Source: Alphaproteobacteria bacterium (GTDB lineage Bacteria > Pseudomonadota > Alphaproteobacteria > UBA828). From it: a stretch of DNA of 64,000 nucleotides. Positions 31,530-41,599 of the stretch are shown here, one piece after another. The DNA lies in NCBI GenBank assembly GCA_965221125.1, contig CBDCRW010000004.1, positions 928,001-992,000 on the forward strand, read 5' to 3'. The notes under the pieces are model-generated. The model did not search any database and had not been told where the DNA came from. It was given only the letters and a program-made list of their open reading frames with translations. The translations under genes and the position numbers were made by a program. The stretch's first letter is position 1. Every line of letters begins with the position of its first letter.

Positions 31530-32434
31530 CCGCCACTGCTCGCCTCCCCCGAACGATCCGGAATCCATACCGCGTGCCGCGTCCGGCCGTCATCAGCTTC
31601 AGCGGCGGCAGGACCTCGGGATTCCTGCTGAAGCACGTCATCGACGCCTACGGAGGCCGGCTTCCCGACGGGGTCTTCGTCGTCTTCGCGAACACGGCCA
31701 TGGAACGGCCGGAGACTCTCGACTTTGTCGACACGTGCGCCGCAGCCTGGTCGGTCACGGTGCACTGGGTCGAGTAGGACTGGGACGCGCCGCACCGCAC
31801 CCGCGTCGTCGACTTCGCCACCGCGTCCAGGAAGGGCGAGCCCTATGCCGCGCTTATCGATCGCAAGGGATTCGTCCCAAACATCACCACTAAATTCTGC
31901 TCCTCGTTTCTGAAGCGCGACAGGATCGACTCCTTCGCTCGCTACCGCCTCGGCCTCAAGCGCTGGCATTCGGTGATCGGGCTGCGCGCCGACGAACAGC
32001 GACGTGTCTTGAGGATGCGCGCCCGTAACTGCGGCTCGCGCACCGGCGCCCGCGCCGTGCTGCCGCTGGCCGATGACGGGGTCCGCGAGGCGGACGTCCT
32101 CGACTGGTGGAAGCGCCAACCCTTCGATCTCGGCATTCCCTCCTACGCCGGAAACTGCACGCTCTGCATGGTGAAGGCTCGTTCCAAGCTGATCCGCCTC
32201 ATCCGCGAGGACGCCACTCTCGCCGACTGGTGGATCGAACAGGAGGCCAGGGTGGCGAAGCGCACCGGCCCCGACGGACGCGCCTGCGAATCCATGAAGC
32301 GCTTCCGCCTCGCCGAGACCTACGCCGAGCTCAAGGCCGCGGCGCTTGCCCACCGCGACCTGTTCGACGATGCGGCGGCATCCTCCGGCGAGAGCGCCGA
32401 GTCGGACTCCTTCGACTGCCACTGCACCGACTGA
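31526..32434 (+). pseudogene. PAPS reductase-like (PP-loop) protein with one in-frame TAG
   Basis: ISFSGGRTSG, FANTAME-x-x-ETLDFV, TAG at 31775-31777, then in frame FCS-x-x-LK, IGLRADE, GNCTLC, C-terminal CHCTD. Confidence 0.85.
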
Positions 32435-32560
32435 ATCTTTCCCACCTGCCCCCGCCGATTCGGCGACGAGTGTCCCGGTCAGCCCGGCCGCGTGGCGAGG
32501 ATCGATTTCCGTGGAGGGAGTCGCTCCTCTCCCCATCCACGCATTCCCGGAGACCGTTTC

Positions 32561-35149
32561 ATGCACGACCCCGTCATCCGATCCATCCCGCTACACCGCC
32601 TGGAGCTCTCGCCCGCCAACGTCCGCAGGACCGAGGCCGGCAAGACCGCCTTCGCCGAGCTCAAGGCATCCATCGCCGCCCACGGCCTGATCAAGAACCT
32701 CGTGGCCCGCTCCATCGGTCCCGGCGAGGACGGCGGCGAGCGCTTCGCCGTCATCGCCGGAGCCCGGCGCCTGGCCGCGCTCAACGAGCTCGCCAGCAAG
32801 GGCACCATCGCTTCCGACTTCCCCGTGCCCTGCCGCGTCATCGAGAACGGCGTGAGCGACACCGAGATCTCGCTCGCCGAGAACGTGCTCCACGTCGCAA
32901 TGCACCCCGCAGACCAAGTCCAGGCCTTCGGCGCCCTGGCGCTCGCCGGCGCCACCGTCGCCGACATCGCCGCCCGCTTCGGCGTCTCCGAGCGCATCGT
33001 CGAGCAGCGCCTCCGCCTCGGCCACGCCGCGCCGGAGCTGCTCGACGCCTACCGGGAGAACGCCATCGACCTGGAGACGCTGAAGGCCTTCGCCGTCACC
33101 ACCGACACCGCGCGCCAGGTGGCGGTATGGGAGCAGGTCAGGGACCAGGGCTACCGACCCACCGGCTGGCAGATCAAGCGCATGCTCACCGAGGACCGCA
33201 TCCCCGCCGGCGCCGCGCTCGCCCGCTACGTCGGCATCGACGCCTACGAGGCGGCCGGGGGTCCGGTGTTGCGCGACCTCTTCGCCGACGAGCACGAGAA
33301 CGGCGTCTGGCTGGAGGACCCGGTGCTGCTGATGCAGCTCGCCATGGACCGGCTGAAGGTGGCGGCGGACGAGCTCGCGACGCGGTGGAAGTGGGCCGAA
33401 GCCCGTCTCGACGTCGAGTGGTCCGACCTCGCCCGCTTCGGGCGCGTGCGCCCCACGCCGGCCGAGCAGACCTGCGAGGAGCAGGCCGAGATCGAGCGGC
33501 TGCACACCCGACAGGGCGAGTTCGCCGAGTTGGACGACGACGAGTGGACCGAGACCCTGGCCGAGGAAGCCGAGGGCATCGACACCCGCCTCGCGGAGAT
33601 CGACGAGGCCATCAAGGCCCGCGCCGTCTTCAAGCCCGAGGATATCGCCATCGCCGGATGCATCGTCACAGTCGGCAACGACGGCACGCTGCAAGTCGTG
33701 CAGGGACTCGTGAAGCCCGAGGACATGCCGGCCGATCCCGACACCGCCACGTCGGACGCCGCCTCCCAGGACGGTGTCGGTCAGGACGACGGCCGACAGG
33801 TCGGCTCCGGCATCCAGTCCCCCGCCATCTCCGGCCCGGCCATGCCGCCCGCGCGGCCCGACCCGGATGCCGAGGCGCGCAAGGAGGCCGGTGTGGGTAT
33901 CGGTCTCGCCGAGGACCTCCGCGCTATCAGGACCACGCTGGTCAAGGCGCATCTCGCCGAGGACTTCGGGGCCGCCTTCGACCTCATGCTGTTCCAGATG
34001 GCACGCGCCGTGTTCACCCCAGGCTATCACGACCATGCGCTCGACATCGCCGTGCGCGAGACCCCGGACCGGCCGCCGCTCCGCGCCAACGACGACACGT
34101 TCCACGAGTCGAGCCCCGGCGAGGCCATGCTGGAAGATCGCTCCTCGCTCCCCTCCGACTGGCTGGAGATCGAGGACGGCGCGGAATCCTTCGCCGCGCT
34201 GAGGGCACTTGCCCCTAAGGACAAGAAGCGGCTGTTCGCCGCCTGCGTCGCGCGCACGCTCAAGGGCCAGCTCGCCTTCGAGGCCAATGCGCGGCCCGAG
34301 ACGGAAGCGACGGTGGCGCGGCTCGACATCGAGTTCGCGGACCACGTCCGGCCCGGCGCCGAAATGTTCTGGTCGCGCGTCCGCAAGGATCGGATGCTCA
34401 AGGTCGCCCGCGAGACCCTGGGCATCGAGTGGGCGCACACCCACCGCAAGGACAAGAAGGCGGCCCTCGCCACGGCAATGGAAACCGCCTTCGCCGCCGG
34501 AGACGCAGTGCCTCTGGGCGTCCCGAAAGAAGGACGCGCGGCTGCGCTGGCCTGGGTGCCGCCCGGCTTCGCCGCTTTCGACACAGGCCACGTCGACAGC
34601 GGCGACGCGGCGACGCCGGCCCAGGCCGAGGGCGCAGCGTCCGGTCAGACGGTGACAGAGCCCGCGCCCTGTGCGGCCGAGGCCGCCTCCGCGCAGGAGA
34701 CTTCACCTGTGGACGCGGAACCTTCGGACGACGCGCAGTCCGGTGGACAGCAGGAGGCCGCGGCGGAGCAGCCCGAACCGGACGCCGGCGGCGAGGCCCC
34801 CGAGAGCCGGGCGCTCGATACCGCCGATGCGGAACAGGCTGATCCGTCCGAACCGTCCAACGGGACCCCTGTGCCGGAGACCACCGGATCGCCCGGCGCA
34901 CCCGATGGGGAAACCGTCGCTCCTACCGGCCACGAGGCGATCGACGCCGTGAACGCCGTCCCCGTCGCGGGCGGCGGGCCCAGGGTGATCGTGAACACCG
35001 TGGGCTTCGAGAACGGAGATGACGGCGACGCCGATGCGTCCACCGAAGATGTCCCGCCCGCACCGCCTGTTCCCGGCAACGGCCACGATGCCGCCAGTGC
35101 GAGCGGCAGCGACGCGCTGGATATCCCCGCCTTCCTGCGCCGCACGTAG
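32561..35149 (+). CDS. ParB/RepB/Spo0J family protein with long acidic C-terminal extension
   Basis: PANVRR, L-x-ASI-x-x-HGL-x-x-NL, VIAGARRL, SLAEN...MHPADQ, HTH IAARFGVSERIV-x-QRLRL. Confidence 0.9.
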   Translation: MHDPVIRSIPLHRLELSPANVRRTEAGKTAFAELKASIAAHGLIKNLVARSIGPGEDGGERFAVIAGARRLAALNELASKGTIASDFPVPCRVIENGVSDTEISLAENVLHVAMHPADQVQAFGALALAGATVADIAARFGVSERIVEQRLRLGHAAPELLDAYRENAIDLETLKAFAVTTDTARQVAVWEQVRDQGYRPTGWQIKRMLTEDRIPAGAALARYVGIDAYEAAGGPVLRDLFADEHENGVWLEDPVLLMQLAMDRLKVAADELATRWKWAEARLDVEWSDLARFGRVRPTPAEQTCEEQAEIERLHTRQGEFAELDDDEWTETLAEEAEGIDTRLAEIDEAIKARAVFKPEDIAIAGCIVTVGNDGTLQVVQGLVKPEDMPADPDTATSDAASQDGVGQDDGRQVGSGIQSPAISGPAMPPARPDPDAEARKEAGVGIGLAEDLRAIRTTLVKAHLAEDFGAAFDLMLFQMARAVFTPGYHDHALDIAVRETPDRPPLRANDDTFHESSPGEAMLEDRSSLPSDWLEIEDGAESFAALRALAPKDKKRLFAACVARTLKGQLAFEANARPETEATVARLDIEFADHVRPGAEMFWSRVRKDRMLKVARETLGIEWAHTHRKDKKAALATAMETAFAAGDAVPLGVPKEGRAAALAWVPPGFAAFDTGHVDSGDAATPAQAEGAASGQTVTEPAPCAAEAASAQETSPVDAEPSDDAQSGGQQEAAAEQPEPDAGGEAPESRALDTADAEQADPSEPSNGTPVPETTGSPGAPDGETVAPTGHEAIDAVNAVPVAGGGPRVIVNTVGFENGDDGDADASTEDVPPAPPVPGNGHDAASASGSDALDIPAFLRRT

Positions 35150-35245
35150 GCGCCACGTTCCTTCCTTGCGCCCCGCCGGTCAGCGGCCTTCGGGCCGGCA
35201 GCCGACGGGGCGCCTTTCCATTCACCGCTTTCATTGGAGACCACC

Positions 35246-37000
35246 ATGACCGATCCTTTCCACCTGCCCGCCACGATCCGGGCCCGCGTTCACGAAGGCG
35301 CCATCGACCGGGTCTCGAGATTCTTCAACGCCTCCGTCGCGGACGCGGCGGCGGAGCTGATCCAGAACTCACGCCGCAGCGGCGCCACGCGGCTCGACGT
35401 TTCCACCGAGGACGTGCCCGAGGGCGGCACCGTCGTCACCGTCACCGACGACGGTTTCGGCATCGCCGACCCGGCCGTCCTCCTCTCCTTCGGCGAGAGC
35501 GGCTGGGACGCCGCCACGGCAAAGCGCGAAGACCCCGCCGGCATGGGCGTCTATGCGCTGTCCAAGCGCGGCTGTGTCATCTCATCGCGGCCGGGCACCG
35601 CCGGGCGCGCACCCATGCCCGGCTGGCGCGTCGAACTTACGCCCGACTGCTTCATCGGAAAGCAGGAAGCCCGGATCGTTTCCTGCGAAGATGCACCCCT
35701 GCCCAGCGGCACCGCGATCTCCTTCCGCGCGGACCAGAGCAGTGAGGGCATCCGCGCCGCCTTCGGCGTCGCGGCGCGCCACTGCCCGCTGGCTGTGGCC
35801 ATCAACGGCGAGGCCGTCGAGCGCACGTCCTTCCTGGACGGCGCCCTCCACGTCGAGCGCTGGCAGGGACTCTCCTTCGGCGTCTTCGACAGCAGGTTCC
35901 CCGGCTTCAACAACTCCGACCTCAACTTCCACGGGCTCACGTTCTCCGTATGCCTGCCCACGATGGACACCATCGACGGCGGCACTTGGTCGGTGTGCGC
36001 CGACGTCGACGCGTGCCCCGAGCTGGAGCTGGTGCTCCCCGCCCGCCGCGAGGCGGTGCAGACGCCCTTCCTGGACGAGATGCGCAAGGCGGCCCGTATC
36101 GCCATCTACCGGGCCATGCGCCGCGCCGACCGCACGCCTGCGCTCTCCCACGCCCGCTTCACCGCGGCCCGGAAGGCGGGCATCGACATGCCCATCGCGC
36201 CTGCCGTCCTGCGTCCCTGGCACCCGGCCATCGCCGACATCGACGACTGGCGCGACACACCGAACCGTGAGCCGGTCCGCCCCGGCACCCTGGTCATGGC
36301 GGTCGATCCCGAGACCCAGGACCAGCAGTGCCTCTGGCGGGCAGCGGAACGGGCAGGGATCGCCGGCCGCCTGTTCGAGGCCGACACGCGCCTGGAGGGC
36401 TACGCCTGGTACGACGCGCTGGCGCGGGTGGAGAGCGTGCGCATCGACGTCACCGAGGCGGACGTCACCCAATCGCTCGATGCCCTGCGCGGCACGGACG
36501 GGTCTTCTTCGCCGGATACCGTCACGGCGCCGGGCCTGCCGGACACGCTGGCGCGGCCCGAGGCCATCAACATTCACCTTGACGTGGTGCACAGGGACGG
36601 GCCGCCCGAGACCATCGCCATCCCCGCCGACGTCGCCTTCATCGGCGAGGAGGGGACCTGGGTCGAGGATGCGTATCCGCTCGTTACCAGGGACAGCGAC
36701 CTGCAGCCCCCGGCACTCTGCCAGCTCCTGCAGGCGGCGTATTTCTCGGTCTCCGACGACCCGGACGCGGACAGCCACGACACCCAGCGCCGCCGCTTTC
36801 GCGAGGACGCGACGCACATGGCGATCAAGCTGCTCGCCACGGAGGACGAAGCCAGGAAGCACACCATCGCGGAAGCCGTCTGGCGCGAGATCTTCTGGGT
36901 GATGCCGCGCGACCGCGAGGTCTCCATCAAGGTCAGCGGCGGCAAGGTCGCGGTGGAATTAGGGCCCGAGACCCCGGCGCCGGAGGGGGTGGCGGCATGA
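35246..37000 (+). CDS. GHKL (HATPase_c) ATP-binding protein
   Basis: ELIQNSRRSGA, VTDDGFGI, GESGW, PAGMG, GT motifs. Confidence 0.8.
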   Translation: MTDPFHLPATIRARVHEGAIDRVSRFFNASVADAAAELIQNSRRSGATRLDVSTEDVPEGGTVVTVTDDGFGIADPAVLLSFGESGWDAATAKREDPAGMGVYALSKRGCVISSRPGTAGRAPMPGWRVELTPDCFIGKQEARIVSCEDAPLPSGTAISFRADQSSEGIRAAFGVAARHCPLAVAINGEAVERTSFLDGALHVERWQGLSFGVFDSRFPGFNNSDLNFHGLTFSVCLPTMDTIDGGTWSVCADVDACPELELVLPARREAVQTPFLDEMRKAARIAIYRAMRRADRTPALSHARFTAARKAGIDMPIAPAVLRPWHPAIADIDDWRDTPNREPVRPGTLVMAVDPETQDQQCLWRAAERAGIAGRLFEADTRLEGYAWYDALARVESVRIDVTEADVTQSLDALRGTDGSSSPDTVTAPGLPDTLARPEAINIHLDVVHRDGPPETIAIPADVAFIGEEGTWVEDAYPLVTRDSDLQPPALCQLLQAAYFSVSDDPDADSHDTQRRRFREDATHMAIKLLATEDEARKHTIAEAVWREIFWVMPRDREVSIKVSGGKVAVELGPETPAPEGVAA

Positions 37001-37494
37001 AGAAGCAATTCACTGTGCAGTGCGGGTTCGCCGCCTACCACGCCAACACGGTCTCGGTCGAAGCCGACACCCTCGAGGAGGCGCTGGAGAAGGCCATCCA
37101 GGTGGCCAACCAGGACCCCAACTGGAAGTCGCAGGATCATTGTGGCCCGACTCACGTCCATGCGTGCTGCATGGGCCGGGACGAAGATCCGTGGGACGAC
37201 GGCAAGTCTCTGCCCGTCCCGGCCAGGTTTGCGGAGCTGGGCGAGCCCCCAGTCGTCACCCTCACCGGACCCCGCCCGCCCGGCGGCGTCGAGGTAACGG
37301 GCGGCGCGGTCCACATACGCTTCGTTGACCCTGCCGCCACCCTCACCACGGAGGTTTCCGATCCGCCTCCGCACCCCGGCAACAAGCCGATGGTCACGGT
37401 CCGGCCCCGCCCCGATCGCGCCCCTGAAGTGGAGGTCACCCGCGGCAAGGCCATCGTAAGGATCGAGGGCTGGGAGGGAGGCAACCATGCCTGA
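36997..37494 (+). CDS. hypothetical protein
   Basis: ATGA-coupled ORF; VSVEADTLEEALEKA. Confidence 0.6.
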   Translation: MKKQFTVQCGFAAYHANTVSVEADTLEEALEKAIQVANQDPNWKSQDHCGPTHVHACCMGRDEDPWDDGKSLPVPARFAELGEPPVVTLTGPRPPGGVEVTGGAVHIRFVDPAATLTTEVSDPPPHPGNKPMVTVRPRPDRAPEVEVTRGKAIVRIEGWEGGNHA

Positions 37495-37903
37495 GCCCGG
37501 CAACGCCTCCGCATTGGATCCCGTGATCTCGGCCTACACCCGCGCCCAGGCGATCGAGGACGGCATTCTCGTCGACGTCTCCGACACCGCGCGCGAGGCG
37601 GGCTTCACCATCCCCGTCGCGCTCACGCGCTCGGTCTGGAACCGGCTCGTCGCCCTTCCCGAGGGGTACCGCGGTTTCCAGGACGAGCGCGGCCGGCTCT
37701 GGGACGTCCTCTGGATGGCGCGCCACTACGCGCTCCGCGCCTCCAACAGCGACCGCGTGACCATGTGCGTGCTGGTGCGCGACATCCGCAAGGATCTCCG
37801 CGACAGCCACCGGCCGCCCCGCAAGCACTTCCCCATCGTGGCGATCGGCGCCGGCGACGAGGGTCGGGCCGCAATCACCATCATGTTCCCCGAAGACGAC
37901 TGA
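37487..37903 (+). CDS. DUF6573-like protein
   Basis: VISAYTRAQAIEDGILVDVS...AREAGF...QDERGRLWDVLWM...GDEG...ITIMFPED. Confidence 0.7.
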   Translation: MPEPGNASALDPVISAYTRAQAIEDGILVDVSDTAREAGFTIPVALTRSVWNRLVALPEGYRGFQDERGRLWDVLWMARHYALRASNSDRVTMCVLVRDIRKDLRDSHRPPRKHFPIVAIGAGDEGRAAITIMFPEDD

Positions 37904-38077
37904 GCGCGCCTTCCCCCTGGTGTCTCCGGCACCACCAGGAGCGGAGGCCGGCTCCGGTCGGGCGAGCGGCGCGGAACCTGGAGGACTCCGGCGCCGCCTC
38001 CCGCTCTCCTTCGGCGCCCCGCCGCGGTCTGTCCTCCCGCGGCGGGGCGTTTCCATTCCCCGTCATGGAGCCGTGCC

Positions 38078-38422
38078 ATGTCTCATTCCAGCGCCGCCCT
38101 CGCGATCCCCGATCTGCCTCCCGCACCGCACCGGGCCATGCACCCCATGGACCCGCGCCGGGGCGAGAACCTCTCGCCGATGTTCGCCGCATTCCTGTGC
38201 TGGCTGCTGGTCCTGGAACCGATGACCGACCCCGCCATCACCGGCATCGCCGTCTCCGGCAACTCCGTTCTGGCGGCCACGACCGACGATCCGCTCTTCG
38301 ACGCCCATCTCGGGGCGCTGGAGGAATTCGAGCGCAACCTGCGTGGCTGGGGCCAGGTCTGCGGCGCCGACCCGCACATGATCGATGCGCTGGTGGCCAG
38401 ACTCCAGAGCGCCGGGCGATGA
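38078..38422 (+). CDS. hypothetical protein
   Basis: ORF with GGAG RBS, ATGA-coupled to radC. Confidence 0.6.
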   Translation: MSHSSAALAIPDLPPAPHRAMHPMDPRRGENLSPMFAAFLCWLLVLEPMTDPAITGIAVSGNSVLAATTDDPLFDAHLGALEEFERNLRGWGQVCGADPHMIDALVARLQSAGR

Positions 38423-39162
38423 GCCTCTCCGATGCGCCCGCTCCCGGCCTGCGCGACGTGACGCCGTTCCCCGCGCCCGCAGTGCAGCACCCCACCGGCA
38501 CCGGTCACGACGACCTGCAAGCGCGCCTCCTCCGCGCCGGGCGCGAGGCCGTCGACGACCGGGAGCTTCTCCAGCTCCTGCTCGCAGGGTCGCACCCCGC
38601 CGCCGAAGCCCGGGATCTCGCCGGGGTCCTGCTCGACACCTTCGGCTCGCCCGCGCGCGTCCTCGCCGCCAGGACCGACACGCTCCGCGCCGTGGCCGGA
38701 CTCGGCGAAGCCGGCATCGCCGCAATCAAGACCGCCGAAGCCCTCGGCATCGCGATGGCCAGGGCCGCGCTGCCCGAGAGATTCCATCCCCAGCTCGCGA
38801 CCTACGACAAGGTCGTCGAGTATTGCCGCACCCTGGCGGCGCACCGCGACGTCGAGGAGTTCCGCGCGTTGTACCTCGACACCAAGAACCGGCTGATTCG
38901 CGACGAGCTGCTGCAGACCGGCACGGTCAACCACACCCCCGTCTATCCCAGCCAGGTCTGCGTCCGCGCGCTGGAGGTCGGCGCGTCCGCCCTCGTCGTC
39001 TTGCACCCGCACCCGTCTCAGGATCCTACACCGTCCAGGGCGGACGTAGAGATGACCGCCCGCCTGCGCGACGCCCTCAAGACCATCGACGTCGATCTCC
39101 ACGACCATATCGTCGTCGCGCCGAGCGACGCCTTCAGCTTCCACACCAAAGGCCTGCTCTGA
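38419..39162 (+). CDS. radC: RadC/JAB (MPN) family protein
   Basis: ELLQLLL HhH region, EEFRALYLD, GTVN, HPHPS-x-DPTPS-x-AD, LHDHIVV. Confidence 0.9.
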   Translation: MSLSDAPAPGLRDVTPFPAPAVQHPTGTGHDDLQARLLRAGREAVDDRELLQLLLAGSHPAAEARDLAGVLLDTFGSPARVLAARTDTLRAVAGLGEAGIAAIKTAEALGIAMARAALPERFHPQLATYDKVVEYCRTLAAHRDVEEFRALYLDTKNRLIRDELLQTGTVNHTPVYPSQVCVRALEVGASALVVLHPHPSQDPTPSRADVEMTARLRDALKTIDVDLHDHIVVAPSDAFSFHTKGLL

Positions 39163-39419
39163 AGCGCCCCGGCCCCATCATCCGCCCGGCGCGCCGTCCG
39201 GGCGACCAGGCCGCAGCCCAGACCGCAGCCCTCCGACCGGCCCGCCCCTTCCTTCCCGAACCTGTCCACCCCACCCCGCTGCCAATCTGCTCCGCCGCCG
39301 CACCCCACCACGGAAGGAGGTCGGCCAGCCGGCCGGGGGCAGTCCGGCGGGGCGGGGCGGAGTGATGCTTCGCGTCCAGCCTGCGCCGGTTCCATGCAAT
39401 TCAAGCACGGAGCCTGCTC

Positions 39420-41584
39420 ATGCTCGACGCCCACCCGGCGCCGGATGCCCCCGCGCGTCCGCCCGCCCCCGTCCCCGCCATTGCCGAAGCCGCCGAACCG
39501 CAGCCCCCCTCCGCGCCTGCCGCGCTGCTGACCGCGGCCCGCACCATACTCCCGGTCCTGGAGACCGGTTGGGCGCTGGATGCCCGCACGATGCGCGAGG
39601 CGATGACCTCCGCTTTCGGCGCCTCCGACACGGACGGCGCCTGGATCTGGAAGGATTCCTACGAGGCGGCCGAGGCGGCGCTGGTGCTCTTCCTCCAGCG
39701 CTACGGCCGCGCCATGCGGCGCGAGGCCGGTGCAGGTCCGGCCGGACCCACCGCCATGCTGCGCATGCTGGAGATCCTGGCGGCCCTGGAGCCCTCGCAG
39801 ACCAGGCGCTCAGAGGAGCAGCTCAGGTATCAGCAGTTCTCGACGCCGCTGCCCCTGGCCTACGCGGCGCTGCAGGCCGCCATGATCCGGCCCGGCGACG
39901 TCGTGCTCGAACCCTCGGCCGGCACCGGCATGCTGGCCGTCATGGCGCAGCTTGCGCTCGGCAACGGAGCCGCCGGCGCGCTTCACCTCAACGAGATCAC
40001 CGCCACGCGCGCGGGCCTTCTCGCGGGCCTCTTCCCCGGCTGCACCGTCACCCGCCACAACGCCGAGTCCATCAGGGACCGGCTGCCCGAGCTGCGGCCC
40101 ACCGTGGTGCTGATGAACCCGCCCTTCTCGGCCAGCCCCGGCGTGGACCGCATTCGCCATCACGTCGATCTGCATCACATCCGCTCGGCCGTCTCGATGC
40201 TGCCGCCGGGCGGGCGGCTGGTGGCAATTTCTTCCTCGCACTGCGTCCCCGGCGATACCGCGTGGGCGGATGCCTTCGCATCGCTCGACCCGCCGGCCCA
40301 TGCGGTGTTCACCGCCCCCATCCACGGCCGCGCCTACGCACGGCGCGGCACCACCTTCGACACCCGCCTCACCGTCCTCGATCGGGGAGGCGAGAAGCCC
40401 GCGCGGGTCTATGCCGGCCACCCCGTGCGCGACGCCGGCCACCTGTTGCAGGCGGTCACCGGCACCGTGCCGGCGCGGCGCCCCATCGAGCCGGTGCCGG
40501 GCGCGGATCTATTCGGTCAGGCGCCGGCGCCGTCGAGACGGCCCCGGCCCACGCGAGCGAAACGGACCCGGACCGCCCCGGAAGAGGCGCGGCCCCACGA
40601 CTGGGGGGTTGTGTCCGAACTTGCCTACCAGGCGGTGCCGGCCGGCGCCGGTTCCGCCGGGGCCGCGCAGCCCTCCGGTCCCTACGCACGATGGCAAGCA
40701 TCCGGCATCCACGTGCCGGGCGCGGTCGAGCACCCGACGCCGCTGGTGCAGTCCGGCGCCATGGCGGCGGTGGCGCATCCCATGCCGTCCTACCGCCCCA
40801 TGCTGCCCGAGAAAGTGGTGGCCGAGGGGCTGCTGTCCGACGCCCAGCTCGAGAGCGCGGTCCTCGCCGGCCAGGCGCACGAGTGCCATCTCGCCGCCGA
40901 GTACCGCATCGGTGCCGGCTGGGAGACGGTGCAGCGCGTCGACGTCGACGCCGACGGCGACAGCGATGAATCCGCTTCCGCCTCCGAAGACGACGGCAAG
41001 ACCGTCGACCCCGACGAGCCGCTGTCCGAACCGGTCCGCTTTCGGCGCGGCTGGATGCTGGGCGACGGCACCGGATGCGGCAAGGGCAGGCAGGTCGCCG
41101 CCATCGTCCTCGACCAGTGGCTCCGAGGCCGGAAGCGGGCGCTCTGGCTCTCCCAGTCCGACAAGCTGCTGGAGGACGCGCGCCGGGACTGGTGCGCCGT
41201 CGGCGGGCGCGCCGAAGACGTCATCCCCCTCGGCAAGGTCCGCCAGGGGGCCGACATCCCGCATGCCCAAGGCATCCTGTTCGCCACCTATGCCACGCTG
41301 CGCTCCCCCGCCCGGCAGGGCAAGCCCTCGCGCCTCGACCAGATCGTGGCCTGGCTCGCGGACGGCGACGGCGAGCAAAAGCGCCACGCATACCAGGGCG
41401 TCATCGTCTTCGACGAAGCGCACGCGATGGCCAACGCGGCGGGGTCGAAGGGCTCGCGCGGCGAGGTGAAGCCCTCGCAGCAGGGACGTGCGGGCCTGCG
41501 GCTGCAGAACGCGCTGCCCGATGCCCGTATCCTCTACGTCTCCGCCACCGGGGCCACCACCGTCCCCGGCCTCGCCTACGCGCG
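39420..41584 (+). pseudogene. strawberry-notch family methylase/helicase, 5' part (interrupted)
   Basis: QQFSTP, VLEPSAGTG, MNPPFS (amino-MTase); LSDAQLE, GDGTGCGKGR, FDEAH, YVSATG (SF2-like). Interrupted at GLAYA/R. Confidence 0.9.
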
Positions 41585-41599
41585 AGAGTACGCTTCATA

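Noticed and set aside
29189-31777. Idea that the tRNA-like element suppresses the TAG in the PAPS-like gene
   Set aside because: No CTA anticodon loop is present; a point mutation is simpler given the other lesions.
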